Shown here: positions 8,388 to 18,346 of the stretch, piece after piece
How the letters are laid out: the number at the start of each line of letters is the position of its first letter
Position numbering within the stretch: the stretch's first letter is position 1
Source: a virus
Lineage: Duplodnaviria; Caudoviricetes
Strand: one strand, 5' to 3'
Virus record (IMG/VR): IMGVR_UViG_3300030606_000018
Location: 1-41,872 of that record
DNA: 41,872 bases
Made by a program: the position numbers and the translations under genes
The notes under the pieces: model-generated
Databases searched by the model: none
The model's input: only the letters and a program-made list of their open reading frames with translations
What the model was told of the DNA's origin: nothing

Positions 8388-11294
8388 TTACCTGGGCGGG
8401 CGGCTCGTAGCCTCGTCCGAGGGACGGAAGCTCAGCATGTGCCCTTCGATCTCTGCGTCTGAGTCCGACGAGACGAGTAGACTAATCGTCCTCCCGTCTC
8501 CGACGAGCCGGCGACGCTGGCGAGCGTAGTCGGTGCTGAACACGAGGGTCTGCTTTGGAGCCTCCCCGTGGTCCAGGAACGTCTGGATCGTCACCTGGCC
8601 GCCAGGCCGGGGCTTCTGGATCAGCTCGAGGGCATCAAACACTTTCCGGCGGGTGCGTAGGCCACCAGCCCCGGCCTCATCCTCGACGGACCCGAAGTCC
8701 AGGTGTGGCGTCTGGTACAGGAGACCGTACGCCTGCCCGGCCTTGTTCCGCTCGGGACGGTCCAGCTCGAAGATCAGATCTCCCTGGGCAATCAGAGGCC
8801 GGTCCAGGCCGCTCGCATCCCGCCACAAGGTCAGGGCATCGACTGTGTCGCGCCGAGACACGGTGCAACGGATGTCCTCGCGCGAGAAGTCGAACTTGAT
8901 GAGCAAGTCGTTCACCTGGGACCCGACACTCGGGACGGCGAACATGGCCCACCGTCGGTGTGGATACCAGCACGAGCGGACCTGGTGCAGTCGATCAAGG
9001 TTCATCAAGTCGCGCAGGCCCTCGCGGATGCGTAGGGCACTCGTCGTGTCCGACGAGAGGACGCCGGTCAGTGAGTCGACCGACGAGAGCTTGTGGAAAG
9101 TGCCGTCTGGCGTCAGGAAGATGGCGTCTGTGTCAGTCGTGACGACTGCGTACGGGCTTTGCGCGCAGCCCAGAGCGGTCGAAATGGGAACCGGAATCCA
9201 GTTTCGCACGTCCGGGTCGGCCGTGTCGAAGACGAAGATGCCTCGAGGCCACTTGAACAGAAAGATGCGCTGGGAGAAGGCCGCGCCCGAGACGAGCCTG
9301 TCTCCGATGTTCGAGAAGACGGTGAACGAGAGGGGGTCGGTGGTGAAGTCCTCGTGGTCGTCTAGAGACGAGACGTAAATCTGGTGTGGCTGTTCCCCCC
9401 CGCCCCAGGCCCACAGCCGGTTAGCGTGGATCGTTCCGAACGTGGGTCGGTTCCCGGTGTGGCTCTCGTTCCAGTCTAGGGGAGGGTCCGAAATTGGCGC
9501 GATGGTTGCCCCGTCTGCTGTCAGAACGTGCGGGATGTCCACTCCGTTGAAGAAGAACAGCTTGCGGTCTTCACCCAGGGCCTCTTTGCCTCCGGCGGCA
9601 AAGTAGACGGTCTCGGCCTCAGAGAGCTGCCCGAGGGAGACCGCGTCAACGTCTGTCAGCGGAGAATCCGACTTGAAGGCGTCCCCCTCAACGGCGACTG
9701 ACACGAGCTTCTGCGTGCCGGGGACCGGGTGCCAGTCGAAGATGGCGACGATGCGTGTCGGGGTAGCCGCCACGTCCGTCTGAATCCAGGCCGACAGGGT
9801 GCCGACGGCCGGGTGTGTGGGCTCGTTCAGTTCCCCGTTCGTCGGGATAGTCGCAGTTCCACGAGGGGTGACGCTCGTAGCCCCGCTCCCTCGGTGCAGC
9901 CCGATCAACACGACCAGCGAACCATCCTCGGTGACAGTCAGCGGGGCCGGCACAAACGAGGACGGTGCTGCCGAGCTGCTGGTCGTCTGTGCGTTGATGA
10001 GGGCACCAACGTCCTCAAACTCGGATACCGTGCCCAGGACCGTGACTCTCCCGGCCAGCACCCAATTTGAGTGCGTGCGTAGGATCACTTCGCCGTCTAC
10101 AATCTCCTGGACGTCATGGGCGACGAACAGGAGACTCCTCGTCAGCGCTTGGCCCGTGTCTGCAACCAGCTCATACACGTTCTCTTCGGAGTCGGTCACA
10201 GACGGGTCGGATGAGGCCGAGTCGGTGGTCAGGTGGAAGCCGACCAGCAGAGTAGATCCGGCCGTGACGCCAGAAACAGGTATGCGTATCTCGGTCAGCG
10301 ACCGCGTCTCGGCCCGGCTGTAGACAGACACCTTGGTTCCTGGGAATTGCGCCGTGTCAACATGGTGTGACTGGTAGTCCGCTGACAGGACGCTGATGAC
10401 CTGGGCCTCTCCTTGCCCGGTGCCAATCGTCACCGCGCGGATCGCTGGCACGACGGGATCTGCCAGGCCCGGAGGAGGAAGGTCGGCAAACAGCCGAAGC
10501 CCAATAGCCGGCGAACTCGCAGAGGAGGCATGTATCCTGACAGTGCCGTTGGTTCCGTTCTCATAGGCCACGACGGCCGCGGCCATGAGGACGTCCATCC
10601 GAGTCAGGGTAATCGTGTCTCCTATCTGCAACGTCGTGTCCAAGACCGAGGAGTACATGAGAGACGACAGCCACCGACCGTTAGGCAGGCTGACTGGACC
10701 GGCCCCGGCATCGATCTGGTACACGTTGCCTCGGCTATCTGTTATGACCGGCGGAAACGTCCCGGAGGATGGTGCCGACACGGTCACTGCCACGACGACC
10801 AGCTCTCCCGCGTCGGCCTGTGCCGTAACGGGCAGATCCCTCGTGCCAAACACGCCCCCGTCTATTGAGCCCACGAGCACCCCGGACGACGGGTCACCCG
10901 AGGCAGGGTATTCCAGCATCAGGCCCGTCCATATAGGGTTCGACAGGAATACCCCGGGAGCGTTCTCCAGAAGTGCCAGAAACTCGGGTGGCTCGGCTGG
11001 GCCACGGCTCTCCGAGAACGTCTGAAGATGGGCCGGATCGCCATCTCCGTGGAAGGCGGCGCCGATGGCTCGCCACGAAACGACCGCCGAAATGTCGGCC
11101 GACAAGGACTCCGATGCTCCGAGCCCGCCCGAGTCGACAAGCCGAGCGCCCCCCTCGAGCCTATTCGATCCCGAGGACTGGTCTATTCCCTCGGCCTGAA
11201 TCAGGGCGCGAGGGTCCTGCTCGGTGACACTGACGTCGGTCTCAAGCCCGCGCTCGCCGGCCGGAACCTCGAATGTGCGGCCTACGTAGCCCAC
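8388..11294 (-). CDS. Tail nozzle / tubular protein B-like, with a large beta-sandwich insertion
   Basis: C-terminal propeller-like motifs (LFFFNG, HANRLWAWG, IYVSSLDD, LGCAQ); follows the adaptor gene. Confidence 0.68.
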   Translation of the reverse strand: MGYVGRTFEVPAGERGLETDVSVTEQDPRALIQAEGIDQSSGSNRLEGGARLVDSGGLGASESLSADISAVVSWRAIGAAFHGDGDPAHLQTFSESRGPAEPPEFLALLENAPGVFLSNPIWTGLMLEYPASGDPSSGVLVGSIDGGVFGTRDLPVTAQADAGELVVVAVTVSAPSSGTFPPVITDSRGNVYQIDAGAGPVSLPNGRWLSSLMYSSVLDTTLQIGDTITLTRMDVLMAAAVVAYENGTNGTVRIHASSASSPAIGLRLFADLPPPGLADPVVPAIRAVTIGTGQGEAQVISVLSADYQSHHVDTAQFPGTKVSVYSRAETRSLTEIRIPVSGVTAGSTLLVGFHLTTDSASSDPSVTDSEENVYELVADTGQALTRSLLFVAHDVQEIVDGEVILRTHSNWVLAGRVTVLGTVSEFEDVGALINAQTTSSSAAPSSFVPAPLTVTEDGSLVVLIGLHRGSGATSVTPRGTATIPTNGELNEPTHPAVGTLSAWIQTDVAATPTRIVAIFDWHPVPGTQKLVSVAVEGDAFKSDSPLTDVDAVSLGQLSEAETVYFAAGGKEALGEDRKLFFFNGVDIPHVLTADGATIAPISDPPLDWNESHTGNRPTFGTIHANRLWAWGGGEQPHQIYVSSLDDHEDFTTDPLSFTVFSNIGDRLVSGAAFSQRIFLFKWPRGIFVFDTADPDVRNWIPVPISTALGCAQSPYAVVTTDTDAIFLTPDGTFHKLSSVDSLTGVLSSDTTSALRIREGLRDLMNLDRLHQVRSCWYPHRRWAMFAVPSVGSQVNDLLIKFDFSREDIRCTVSRRDTVDALTLWRDASGLDRPLIAQGDLIFELDRPERNKAGQAYGLLYQTPHLDFGSVEDEAGAGGLRTRRKVFDALELIQKPRPGGQVTIQTFLDHGEAPKQTLVFSTDYARQRRRLVGDGRTISLLVSSDSDAEIEGHMLSFRPSDEATSRPPR

Positions 11295-12194
11295 TTACCA
11301 GCGCATCCCCGTACGCCAGGCGCCGGGCGCACTCGACACGAGGCGACCGTAGCGGCTCGAGGCGTTGCGGAAGTTCCGGTGCTGGTCGCGCTCCATCGCG
11401 TCCCACTGAGAGGCGAACTGCTGATAGACGGTGGCGCTCGCGTCGTCCTTCTTATCCAGGAGAATCAGGTAGGCCGCCCCGTACGAGAGGAGCCGGCGAT
11501 GGCGTAGGGGCACGACGGGGTCAGAACCGCCGTCGGCAAGGGGCGTGGGCTGGGCCGTGTACCAGAACTCATAGACACGGGCCTCGGGCGCAGAACCGAC
11601 TATCTGCAACGTCGTTTGGTCCACCAGGGCTGCCCGGCTAGGCGGCGAGTCCGGGTCTCGGTCGGCCTCGGTGCCCACGTCCAGGAACGCTCGAGAGAAG
11701 CGGTCCTCGGGCCTCGAGACCAGCCGGACCAGGTCGGACGGCAGCGAGTAGTATTCCTTTGTCGCCCGGTAGTCGGAGACGACAGCGGCTAGAGAGCCGT
11801 CCGGCCTGCCGGGCCACGCCGAGTCCATGACGAAGCCGGTCTCAGTTATTGAAAGGACACGAGGGGAGAACGGGCCGGCCGACGGGTTCGAAAAGCGCAG
11901 CCTGTACCCGACAGTGCTGGTGTCGGGCACACCGATGGCCAACGCAAGGCCCTTGGCCAGGAGAGCCTGAGACTCGAAGGCCGGCTGGATAGTCAGGAAG
12001 CCGGTCCTTCGTGCCCAGAGCCAGTCTACGATTGGCAGCACGGCGCCGCCCAGCGGCCCACCCGAGATGACCGCGTCTAGGGCAGCGTTTAGATAGTCGA
12101 CGGCCCGCTCGTGGAAATCGGACGAGCCATCGCCGGGCTCACCAGCCAGCCACAGGACATCCGCCCTCAGCTCGTCGACTGTCTCGAAGGCCAC
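11295..12194 (-). CDS. Head-tail adaptor (tubular protein A-like)
   Basis: DYLNAALD..W.W, YSLPSD, LLSYGAAY pattern; position downstream of capsid. Confidence 0.68.
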   Translation of the reverse strand: MAFETVDELRADVLWLAGEPGDGSSDFHERAVDYLNAALDAVISGGPLGGAVLPIVDWLWARRTGFLTIQPAFESQALLAKGLALAIGVPDTSTVGYRLRFSNPSAGPFSPRVLSITETGFVMDSAWPGRPDGSLAAVVSDYRATKEYYSLPSDLVRLVSRPEDRFSRAFLDVGTEADRDPDSPPSRAALVDQTTLQIVGSAPEARVYEFWYTAQPTPLADGGSDPVVPLRHRRLLSYGAAYLILLDKKDDASATVYQQFASQWDAMERDQHRNFRNASSRYGRLVSSAPGAWRTGMRW

Positions 12195-12197
12195 GAG

Positions 12198-12620
12198 TTA
12201 CCCGAGGGCCGAGACCGAGGGCGGCACGTCAGCGTCGGCCGGGAAGGCGATGGGGCTGGCGAGGGGGCTGCGCTGCGACAGCTCAGGCGTGGGGGACTGC
12301 GCCGCGGTCGTCTGCTTCCACACGTCGAGCAGATGGTCTCGCAGCTCGTCGGCGTAGAACGTCTCGCCACAGTGCCCACACTCCTCGGCCACGCGGGTGC
12401 CCGAGTGCTTCTTCTTCAGGCCCGCTCGAGCGGACAGATCTCGAACCTTCTCCGGCACCTCGGACTCGGGGATGTGCCGGCCCGTGGCCGTGAACCAGTT
12501 GCCGCCCTGCTGTTTGAAGACGTGGCCGCGACGGCCAAAGCCGGTGTACTCGCGGATCGGGTTGAACTCGACGATCTTGGTCCCGCGCTTGACGTGGACC
12601 GGCTTGAGCTTCGGGGTCAT
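12198..12620 (-). CDS. Hypothetical protein with CxxC...H zinc-finger-like motif
   Basis: AAGGAG RBS; CGHCGETF...RDH. Confidence 0.6.
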   Translation of the reverse strand: MTPKLKPVHVKRGTKIVEFNPIREYTGFGRRGHVFKQQGGNWFTATGRHIPESEVPEKVRDLSARAGLKKKHSGTRVAEECGHCGETFYADELRDHLLDVWKQTTAAQSPTPELSQRSPLASPIAFPADADVPPSVSALG

Positions 12621-12632
12621 AGAACTCCTTGG

Positions 12633-12669
12633 AAAGAGGAGCGGGGGAGCGTCCGTGCTGCCCCACTCC
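12633..12669 (-). terminator. Hairpin/terminator after major capsid gene
   Basis: GGAGTGGGG...CCCCGCTCC stem followed by TCTTT on the minus strand. Confidence 0.5.
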
Positions 12670-12677
12670 GGGTTACG

Positions 12678-13622
12678 TTAGGACGCCTCGGTGTCCTCAC
12701 CCACATGCACGACGCGGGTCAGGCCGAACGTGTCCCACACGAGGCCGAAGCCCAGAATCCCGACCCAGGCGACCGAGGGGTCGCGGCCGAACTCGCTGGA
12801 AATCTTCTTGCGAAGCTCGGGAGCCAGCACCTCCACCATGACCGCCGCATCCTCACCAAAGACGATGCCCTCGCCCAGCTCGCCGTCACCTAGGACGCCC
12901 AGCGCCTCCGAGTGGTTGGTCTCGATGACGCGGATGCTCCGCACCATGCCGACCTCGTTCTTGTACGCCTTTTCAGGCGTAGTGTACTTGAACAGCTCGC
13001 GGAACGACTCGTCGTTCAGCAGGCCGTCGATGGCCACGCCGTTGAAGATGCCGATGTAGTGCGAGCCGATCTTGGGCGCCTTCTGTGTGTCGTACAGACG
13101 ACGGTGGATCTCGCCCAGGTGAAACTCGAGGACCGGGCTGCCCGAGGCCGAGTCGAAGTCGTCCGAGACGAACTCGCCTGTGCTCGCCGTCAGCGGCGTG
13201 TACTTCAGCGGGGTCGCCTTGTACGCCCCGGCCGCCAGCGTGTCGAGGACGAGCTTCTGCTGGTCCACGAGGGCCGACTGGACGGTGCTCTCGAGGTCGA
13301 AGTGCAAGAGCTGCTTGGCGAAGTCGGTGAAGGGAACCTGACGGCCGATCTCCTCGACCGTAATGTCCACCTTGTTGATGGTCAGCTCGTCTTCGGGGAT
13401 CGGATCGGTCTCGACGAGACTAGCGTCTGCCGGCTCGTCGAGCTGCAAGACGCGCGTGATGGTGTGCGTCTCGCCCTTGCCCTTGCCGAAGCCGGGCTCG
13501 GTCTTGACGAACGGCAGAATCTCCGTTCGCGCGATGGCCTCTCGACGAATCTTCTTCGAGAGGCTGTGGTTCTTCAGGACGCCAGACGGAACGTCGGCAG
13601 TCCAGTCGAATGGTGCAGCCAT
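12678..13622 (-). CDS. Major capsid protein (N4-gp56-like family)
   Basis: 314 aa; LSKKIR, GKGKGET, EIG..VPFT, EVGMVRSIRVIET, FGEDA, FGR..SVAW motifs. Confidence 0.85.
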   Translation of the reverse strand: MAAPFDWTADVPSGVLKNHSLSKKIRREAIARTEILPFVKTEPGFGKGKGETHTITRVLQLDEPADASLVETDPIPEDELTINKVDITVEEIGRQVPFTDFAKQLLHFDLESTVQSALVDQQKLVLDTLAAGAYKATPLKYTPLTASTGEFVSDDFDSASGSPVLEFHLGEIHRRLYDTQKAPKIGSHYIGIFNGVAIDGLLNDESFRELFKYTTPEKAYKNEVGMVRSIRVIETNHSEALGVLGDGELGEGIVFGEDAAVMVEVLAPELRKKISSEFGRDPSVAWVGILGFGLVWDTFGLTRVVHVGEDTEAS

Positions 13623-13624
13623 TG

Positions 13625-14188
13625 TTAGCTACCTACTTTCGTGAGATGTTCGAAAGCGACGTGCTCGCCAATGACGGCGTCCAGGTCGGCAAGTCGGTTC
13701 ATCCACCCTCGGCGGAACGTCCCAAGAGCAGGGCGTGTCGCCACGAGGGCTTCCAGAAACGCTCGTCGATGCCGGACCGAGTCGCGGGCTAGTGTCACCG
13801 GGTCCACGCCAAGGACGGCGCGATGGGTCACAGGACCGTACAGCCCATCTTGCTTGACTCCGGCCGCCTGCTGGAGGAGTCGGACCGCTCGGCCCGGCCC
13901 CGAATGAACGGCGGCGTCAAATTGCGTGATACACACGGGAAGAGGCAGGCCATCGGCGTGCGAGGGCTGCCAATATAGATGGACGTACAGGGCCCTGATC
14001 TTGTTCGGGCTTGCCAGCTTGACGTCCCGAGGGGCCTCGGGCCGGAGCCGGCCTCGGAGGGCGAGCCAGGCCCGCCACGTCTCCTCGGTCACGCCGCGGA
14101 ACGTGCGGCCACCCGGATCGGCCGGATGGTCCGAAAAGCCGCCTTCCCACTTGGCCATGAAGGTGAACGAGCGATCGAACGGGGTCAC
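13625..14188 (-). CDS. Endolysin, glycoside hydrolase family 108 with peptidoglycan-binding C-terminus
   Basis: WEGGFSDHPADPGGRTFRGVT, FDAAVHSG, DGLYGPVT, FRRGWMNR. Confidence 0.92.
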   Translation of the reverse strand: MTPFDRSFTFMAKWEGGFSDHPADPGGRTFRGVTEETWRAWLALRGRLRPEAPRDVKLASPNKIRALYVHLYWQPSHADGLPLPVCITQFDAAVHSGPGRAVRLLQQAAGVKQDGLYGPVTHRAVLGVDPVTLARDSVRHRRAFLEALVATRPALGTFRRGWMNRLADLDAVIGEHVAFEHLTKVGS

Positions 14189-15084
14189 AGGGCGGCCGCC
14201 CTCCGCTCCCGGAGCAGGTCGGTCAGCGTGTCCTCGGACTCCGGCCCCTTGGCCGGGGCGGGTGCCGCGGCGCGTCGAGAGGAGAGGACCGGGGCCTTCG
14301 GGGCCGGCTTGGCCTGAGCCCGAGCCTGCACGAGGGACTGGATGCGCTCGTTCGACCGGCGCCGCAGCTCCTCATAGACCGCCGCGTCAGACGGCAGCCT
14401 TCGAAGGTCTTCGAACGAGGCCCTGTAGACAGCCGTAACGATGTCCCGGTCCTTGGCCAGCTCGGGTGCGTGTCGATAGAAGCCCTCGACGTACTGAGCC
14501 CATGCCTGCTGGCGGGACTGGCTCTCTGAGGCTGTCTCGGCTTCCTTACGTCGACCCCCTTCCAGGTCCTGCAAGGCTGCAACTACGACGGCCTCGTTAT
14601 ACTCGAGTAGCTGTCGCTGGTGCTCGCGCGGGTCGAACTTGTCCGAGGCCGGGTTGAGCAGCTCTGGATCTGGGGGATTGACGTCCTCCTCGGGTTCCTG
14701 GGCCTGGGACTCATGCGCCCCCTCGAGGCGAGCCACCTGCTCACGCAGCCGCTGAATGTCCGAGCCGTACGTTCCGGCTCGCGTGTCCTGGTCGCGTCGG
14801 ACCAGGTCAGCCACCTCAGCAGACACCTCGACCTCACGGCCTCCCAGAGACAGCTTGACGGTCAGAGGCTGCGCGGGCTTGCCAGCCGTCTCGGCCTCTT
14901 GCTCCTCGGCAGGCTCCTCAGTCTCCTGGGTGGCCTCGGCCTCAGGTTCCTCGGTCTCGGCCTCTGCCGCGGCCTCTGCCTCGGGTGCCGGCTCCTCGGC
15001 CACAGCCTCATGCACGCGGCCGGCGCGCAGCTCATGAAGCTGGGCCGACAGCGAATCGTTCAGCGCTTGAATGTCGTCGGGCAT
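14185..15084 (-). CDS. Capsid scaffolding protein
   Basis: Acidic Glu/Ala-rich N-terminus, helical body, Pro/basic tail; upstream of capsid. Confidence 0.72.
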   Translation of the reverse strand: MPDDIQALNDSLSAQLHELRAGRVHEAVAEEPAPEAEAAAEAETEEPEAEATQETEEPAEEQEAETAGKPAQPLTVKLSLGGREVEVSAEVADLVRRDQDTRAGTYGSDIQRLREQVARLEGAHESQAQEPEEDVNPPDPELLNPASDKFDPREHQRQLLEYNEAVVVAALQDLEGGRRKEAETASESQSRQQAWAQYVEGFYRHAPELAKDRDIVTAVYRASFEDLRRLPSDAAVYEELRRRSNERIQSLVQARAQAKPAPKAPVLSSRRAAAPAPAKGPESEDTLTDLLRERRAAAL

Positions 15085-15100
15085 GGGTCTCCTATTTCAA

Positions 15101-15346
15101 TCAGGCCGAGATGGCCGCTCGCATCTGGGTTTCTAGTCTGCGTTCGCTCGAGGCGACGACGTCGCGGAGCAGGTTCGGCACTTCCCGCAGGCCGGCCAGC
15201 CGCGCCCACAAGGCCATCGAGTCTTCTGGTGTCAGCGTCCCGTTACGGTGCGACAGCAGAGCACGAGAGATGACCGACTCCTCGGCCTGGTCCAGGAGCG
15301 GGCCAATAGTCTCGAGGGCCTGGCGTGCCTGCGGAAGCTCGATCAC
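15101..15346 (-). CDS. Hypothetical head-module protein
   Basis: GTG start overlapping upstream stop; helical; start moved from 15439. Confidence 0.55.
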   Translation of the reverse strand: MIELPQARQALETIGPLLDQAEESVISRALLSHRNGTLTPEDSMALWARLAGLREVPNLLRDVVASSERRLETQMRAAISA

Positions 15347-15840
15347 TCGACCTCGTGGCCGGACTGAGGCATGTACGTGCCGACGCGAGTCGGAGTCACG
15401 CGAAGAGGGATGAACCCCTGGTGAATCGCCCGGTGGCACTCATCCCCGAGGCGCACGTTCATCAGGAAGCAGCCCTCGAGCGCTTCATACAGGAACGTCA
15501 GCCACGAGGGCGTATTCTCTTCGAGGTTCGGCCGGTTCGTCGTGAACCAGCCCAGCCCCTCGCGGGCTACCTCTTGGACCGGCTTCCACTCGTCCGGCGT
15601 CCAGCCGTCAGAATTGTAGGTGGGCTTGTGTCGCATGACTCTCCCGGCTGTCGAATAGAAGCGGAACAGCCTTTCTATGGCGTCTTTCACGAAGACGGTC
15701 TGGGGCTGCCCATCGGTCAGCCGCTCCTCGTTCACTTTCAGCCAACGCTGCCACTTCAAGTTCATGGGCAGGCTCGCGCCGAACGCGCCGACCGGCGTAG
15801 CCAGCAGCCGCGCCTGGTCCGGACGCAGAATAAGGCTCAC
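15343..15840 (-). CDS. Hypothetical protein
   Basis: Protein-like composition; coupled to neighbours by GTGA overlaps. Confidence 0.6.
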   Translation of the reverse strand: MSLILRPDQARLLATPVGAFGASLPMNLKWQRWLKVNEERLTDGQPQTVFVKDAIERLFRFYSTAGRVMRHKPTYNSDGWTPDEWKPVQEVAREGLGWFTTNRPNLEENTPSWLTFLYEALEGCFLMNVRLGDECHRAIHQGFIPLRVTPTRVGTYMPQSGHEVE

Positions 15841-16010
15841 CTGGACCGCCTGTCTCGCGCGGCCCGCGGCGTCCGAAAGCCCGAGCGCAGGGACGGAATG
15901 TCCTGGCTCGAGACGACCTGGCCCTGCTTGTTCCGGCGCCGCTTGACTCGGCGAGCCTCGGCTGCACGGTCAGAGGAGAGGCCGGGCGGGACGATGGTCA
16001 AGCCCGGCAC
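15837..16010 (-). CDS. Small Arg-rich protein, 57 aa (not in ORF track)
   Basis: Fills the gap exactly: GTG one base after the previous stop, and its stop overlaps the next start. Confidence 0.45.
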   Translation of the reverse strand: MPGLTIVPPGLSSDRAAEARRVKRRRNKQGQVVSSQDIPSLRSGFRTPRAARDRRSR

Positions 16011-16011
16011 C

Positions 16012-16449
16012 TTAGAACTCGTTTTCTGGCTTCAGGGCGGTCAGCCTGTCCAGGCCGGTGCCGCCCAAAAGCTGGCTCGCAACCTGGCCCCGTCGACCCT
16101 GGCGCTGGGAGAGGCGCTGAAGGCGGCCCTGCTTCCGCTTGTTCAGGGAACTGATAACATCGAAACCGGCCTGGGCATTCCCCTCACGCCCCGCATTGCG
16201 TAGTGTCCCTCGCTGACTACGAGAGAGCCCGAGGCCCAGGCCTAGCTTCCGTGCGTTGCCTCGGTCGGCTCGAAGCGTGTCGGCCTGAGCGCCGGCCCCC
16301 TGGGTACGGCCCACAGCTCGGAGCGCCTGGACGCGGGACAGGCCCTCGTCTCGAGCGCCCTGGAACGTGTCCTTGGCCGACGTGTCCTCGGCGCCGGCTC
16401 GAAGGGCCTGGCGCAGCGCGCGGCGGCCTGCTTTTCTGGCGGTTGGCAT
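16012..16449 (-). CDS. Highly basic Arg/Gly/Gln-rich protein
   Basis: AGGAGG RBS; directly after portal. Confidence 0.6.
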   Translation of the reverse strand: MPTARKAGRRALRQALRAGAEDTSAKDTFQGARDEGLSRVQALRAVGRTQGAGAQADTLRADRGNARKLGLGLGLSRSQRGTLRNAGREGNAQAGFDVISSLNKRKQGRLQRLSQRQGRRGQVASQLLGGTGLDRLTALKPENEF

Positions 16450-16483
16450 GTTATCCTCCTGGGCTAAACTGCCCTAAGATCAC

Positions 16484-18346
16484 TCAAACTATCTGGCCGT
16501 TCTCGCCCTCGAGGTTGCCCGGATTGACGGACTGGCTCTCGGCCTCGACGTCAGGATTTCCCCCGCCGCCGGCCTGTGCGTTCAGCAGAGTCGGGTCCAG
16601 CTCGGGCTCTTCGCCCGGTCGCTTCTTGATCTCGGCCACGTCTACGCCGAGCTGGCGGAACATGAAGCCGAGCATGCGCGACATGGAGAACTCTTGATCG
16701 AACACTTGCGCCAAGGCCGGATTCTGCGAGATGAGCTGGATGCCGGTCGTCAGCTTCCGAAGTTCGCGCACGCGGCCCGTCATCTCGCGCAGGCCCGTGA
16801 CTCGGATGGCGGCGGGCTGGGCGATCAGCTCGAAGCGCTCCTCGGCGGTCAAGCTGCCAAGCAATTCGGCACGCTCCGGCCCGATGAGCCGGACAATCCC
16901 AGGATCTGTGAAGTCCTCGAGGTACTGCCACAGGGCGAAGAGAGACAGACGGACGACGGGCTCGATGACCTGGTCCTCGAGGCGGCCGGTGATCGCGTCG
17001 AACAGGGTGCCCGAGCCCTCAGCCGTCGAGATGATCTCGGTCGCCAAGACCTCGCGGTCCGGGAGCTGGCCGAGCTGCAAGTCGGGCGTAGCCAGGGCGA
17101 CTTCGCGCGACTGGCCCAGCTTGTTCAACATGACCGCAGCGTCATTGATCTGGCCGGGCTCGTCGACTCGCTCGATGAATTGGCCGGCGCCGGCATCTCG
17201 CTTGAGGCGCCACGATGAGCCCGAGGTGATTCCACCAGACAGCTCGGCCTCGTTCTCAAGCATGTCCGGCCGGATTTGCCGGACGCCCCAGACCGACGCC
17301 TTGGCCGCGTCTAGCATCAGGTTGTACAGCTCGTTCTCGGCCAGGTACGGATCTATGGCCAAGTCGATGAAGGCCGGCGCGACTTGCGAAAGCGGATTCG
17401 AGCGGAGCACGCCCCGAACGATCGGGATAGCGCCGTGCAAGAGCGGGTTTGGCACAGGCGACCGGAGCAGTTCGCCGTCGGCCACGGTACACAGGACATT
17501 TGTCGCTCGGACTGACCCGTCCTTGTCGATCAGGTCACCCCAGAACTCGCGCAGCCGGACGGTGCCGCGGGCCACAGAGACCGGCGCATCTGACCCGTCT
17601 CGAGCCTGCTTCGACGACTCCTGGTCTCGGTTGGCGACTTTGCCATCAAGCCGATCCAGAGCGGCCTGGTCATAGTCCGGGTTGGCGCGTAGGTCTGAGA
17701 CTTTCGCCGTCGTCTCGTGGACAAACCAGGCGTTTGCGCCCGAGGGATCGGGGAAAGCGTCCTCGAAGGGGATGGCCTGAATGTCCAGGAGAACCTGAGT
17801 CACGTCGCGGCGCTCGATCTCGATCTGCGGAAGCGCGTACGAGGGGGCCGAGCCTTCGCTGGGCGCGCGCCGGACGACCGTCTTGATGACCGGCCGAGTC
17901 GTCGTGATCGGAGCGACCTTGATGGTGATTTCACCCTCAACGAGGCCGAGGCCGATGCCATCAGCGATGACCGACTCGACGGTCCGAGCGCCCGAGATGA
18001 GATAGCCCGGCGACCAGAGATGCCTGAGCCGGTGCAGGACCAGCTTGTGCAGTGTCTCAGCATCCATCAGTTCTTCGGGCACGTCCTCGAACGGCTCGAT
18101 GGTAAACCAGGCATTCGAGTTGGTCAGCTCGCGCTCGATGCGCGCCTTGACTTGCTCGAGGCCGCGGGCCAGGTCCGGAATGACCAGGCACGACTGGCCG
18201 TCCTGCTTCTTCGAGAAGTCCAGCTCCCCGTTGACGATACGCCAGGCGTCCCGGTTCCGGTTCGCCCGCTGCTGGCGGGCCTCGTGTGAGAGAGACCGGA
18301 GCTGGTCGACGATACCCGGCACCTCGTGGTCTTGGAGATTAGGCAC
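16484..18346 (-). CDS. Portal protein
   Basis: About 620 aa after terminase; REFWG, PNP..HGAIP, ATEI motifs of podoviral portals; GGAGG RBS before GTG 18346. Confidence 0.85.
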   Translation of the reverse strand: MPNLQDHEVPGIVDQLRSLSHEARQQRANRNRDAWRIVNGELDFSKKQDGQSCLVIPDLARGLEQVKARIERELTNSNAWFTIEPFEDVPEELMDAETLHKLVLHRLRHLWSPGYLISGARTVESVIADGIGLGLVEGEITIKVAPITTTRPVIKTVVRRAPSEGSAPSYALPQIEIERRDVTQVLLDIQAIPFEDAFPDPSGANAWFVHETTAKVSDLRANPDYDQAALDRLDGKVANRDQESSKQARDGSDAPVSVARGTVRLREFWGDLIDKDGSVRATNVLCTVADGELLRSPVPNPLLHGAIPIVRGVLRSNPLSQVAPAFIDLAIDPYLAENELYNLMLDAAKASVWGVRQIRPDMLENEAELSGGITSGSSWRLKRDAGAGQFIERVDEPGQINDAAVMLNKLGQSREVALATPDLQLGQLPDREVLATEIISTAEGSGTLFDAITGRLEDQVIEPVVRLSLFALWQYLEDFTDPGIVRLIGPERAELLGSLTAEERFELIAQPAAIRVTGLREMTGRVRELRKLTTGIQLISQNPALAQVFDQEFSMSRMLGFMFRQLGVDVAEIKKRPGEEPELDPTLLNAQAGGGGNPDVEAESQSVNPGNLEGENGQIV

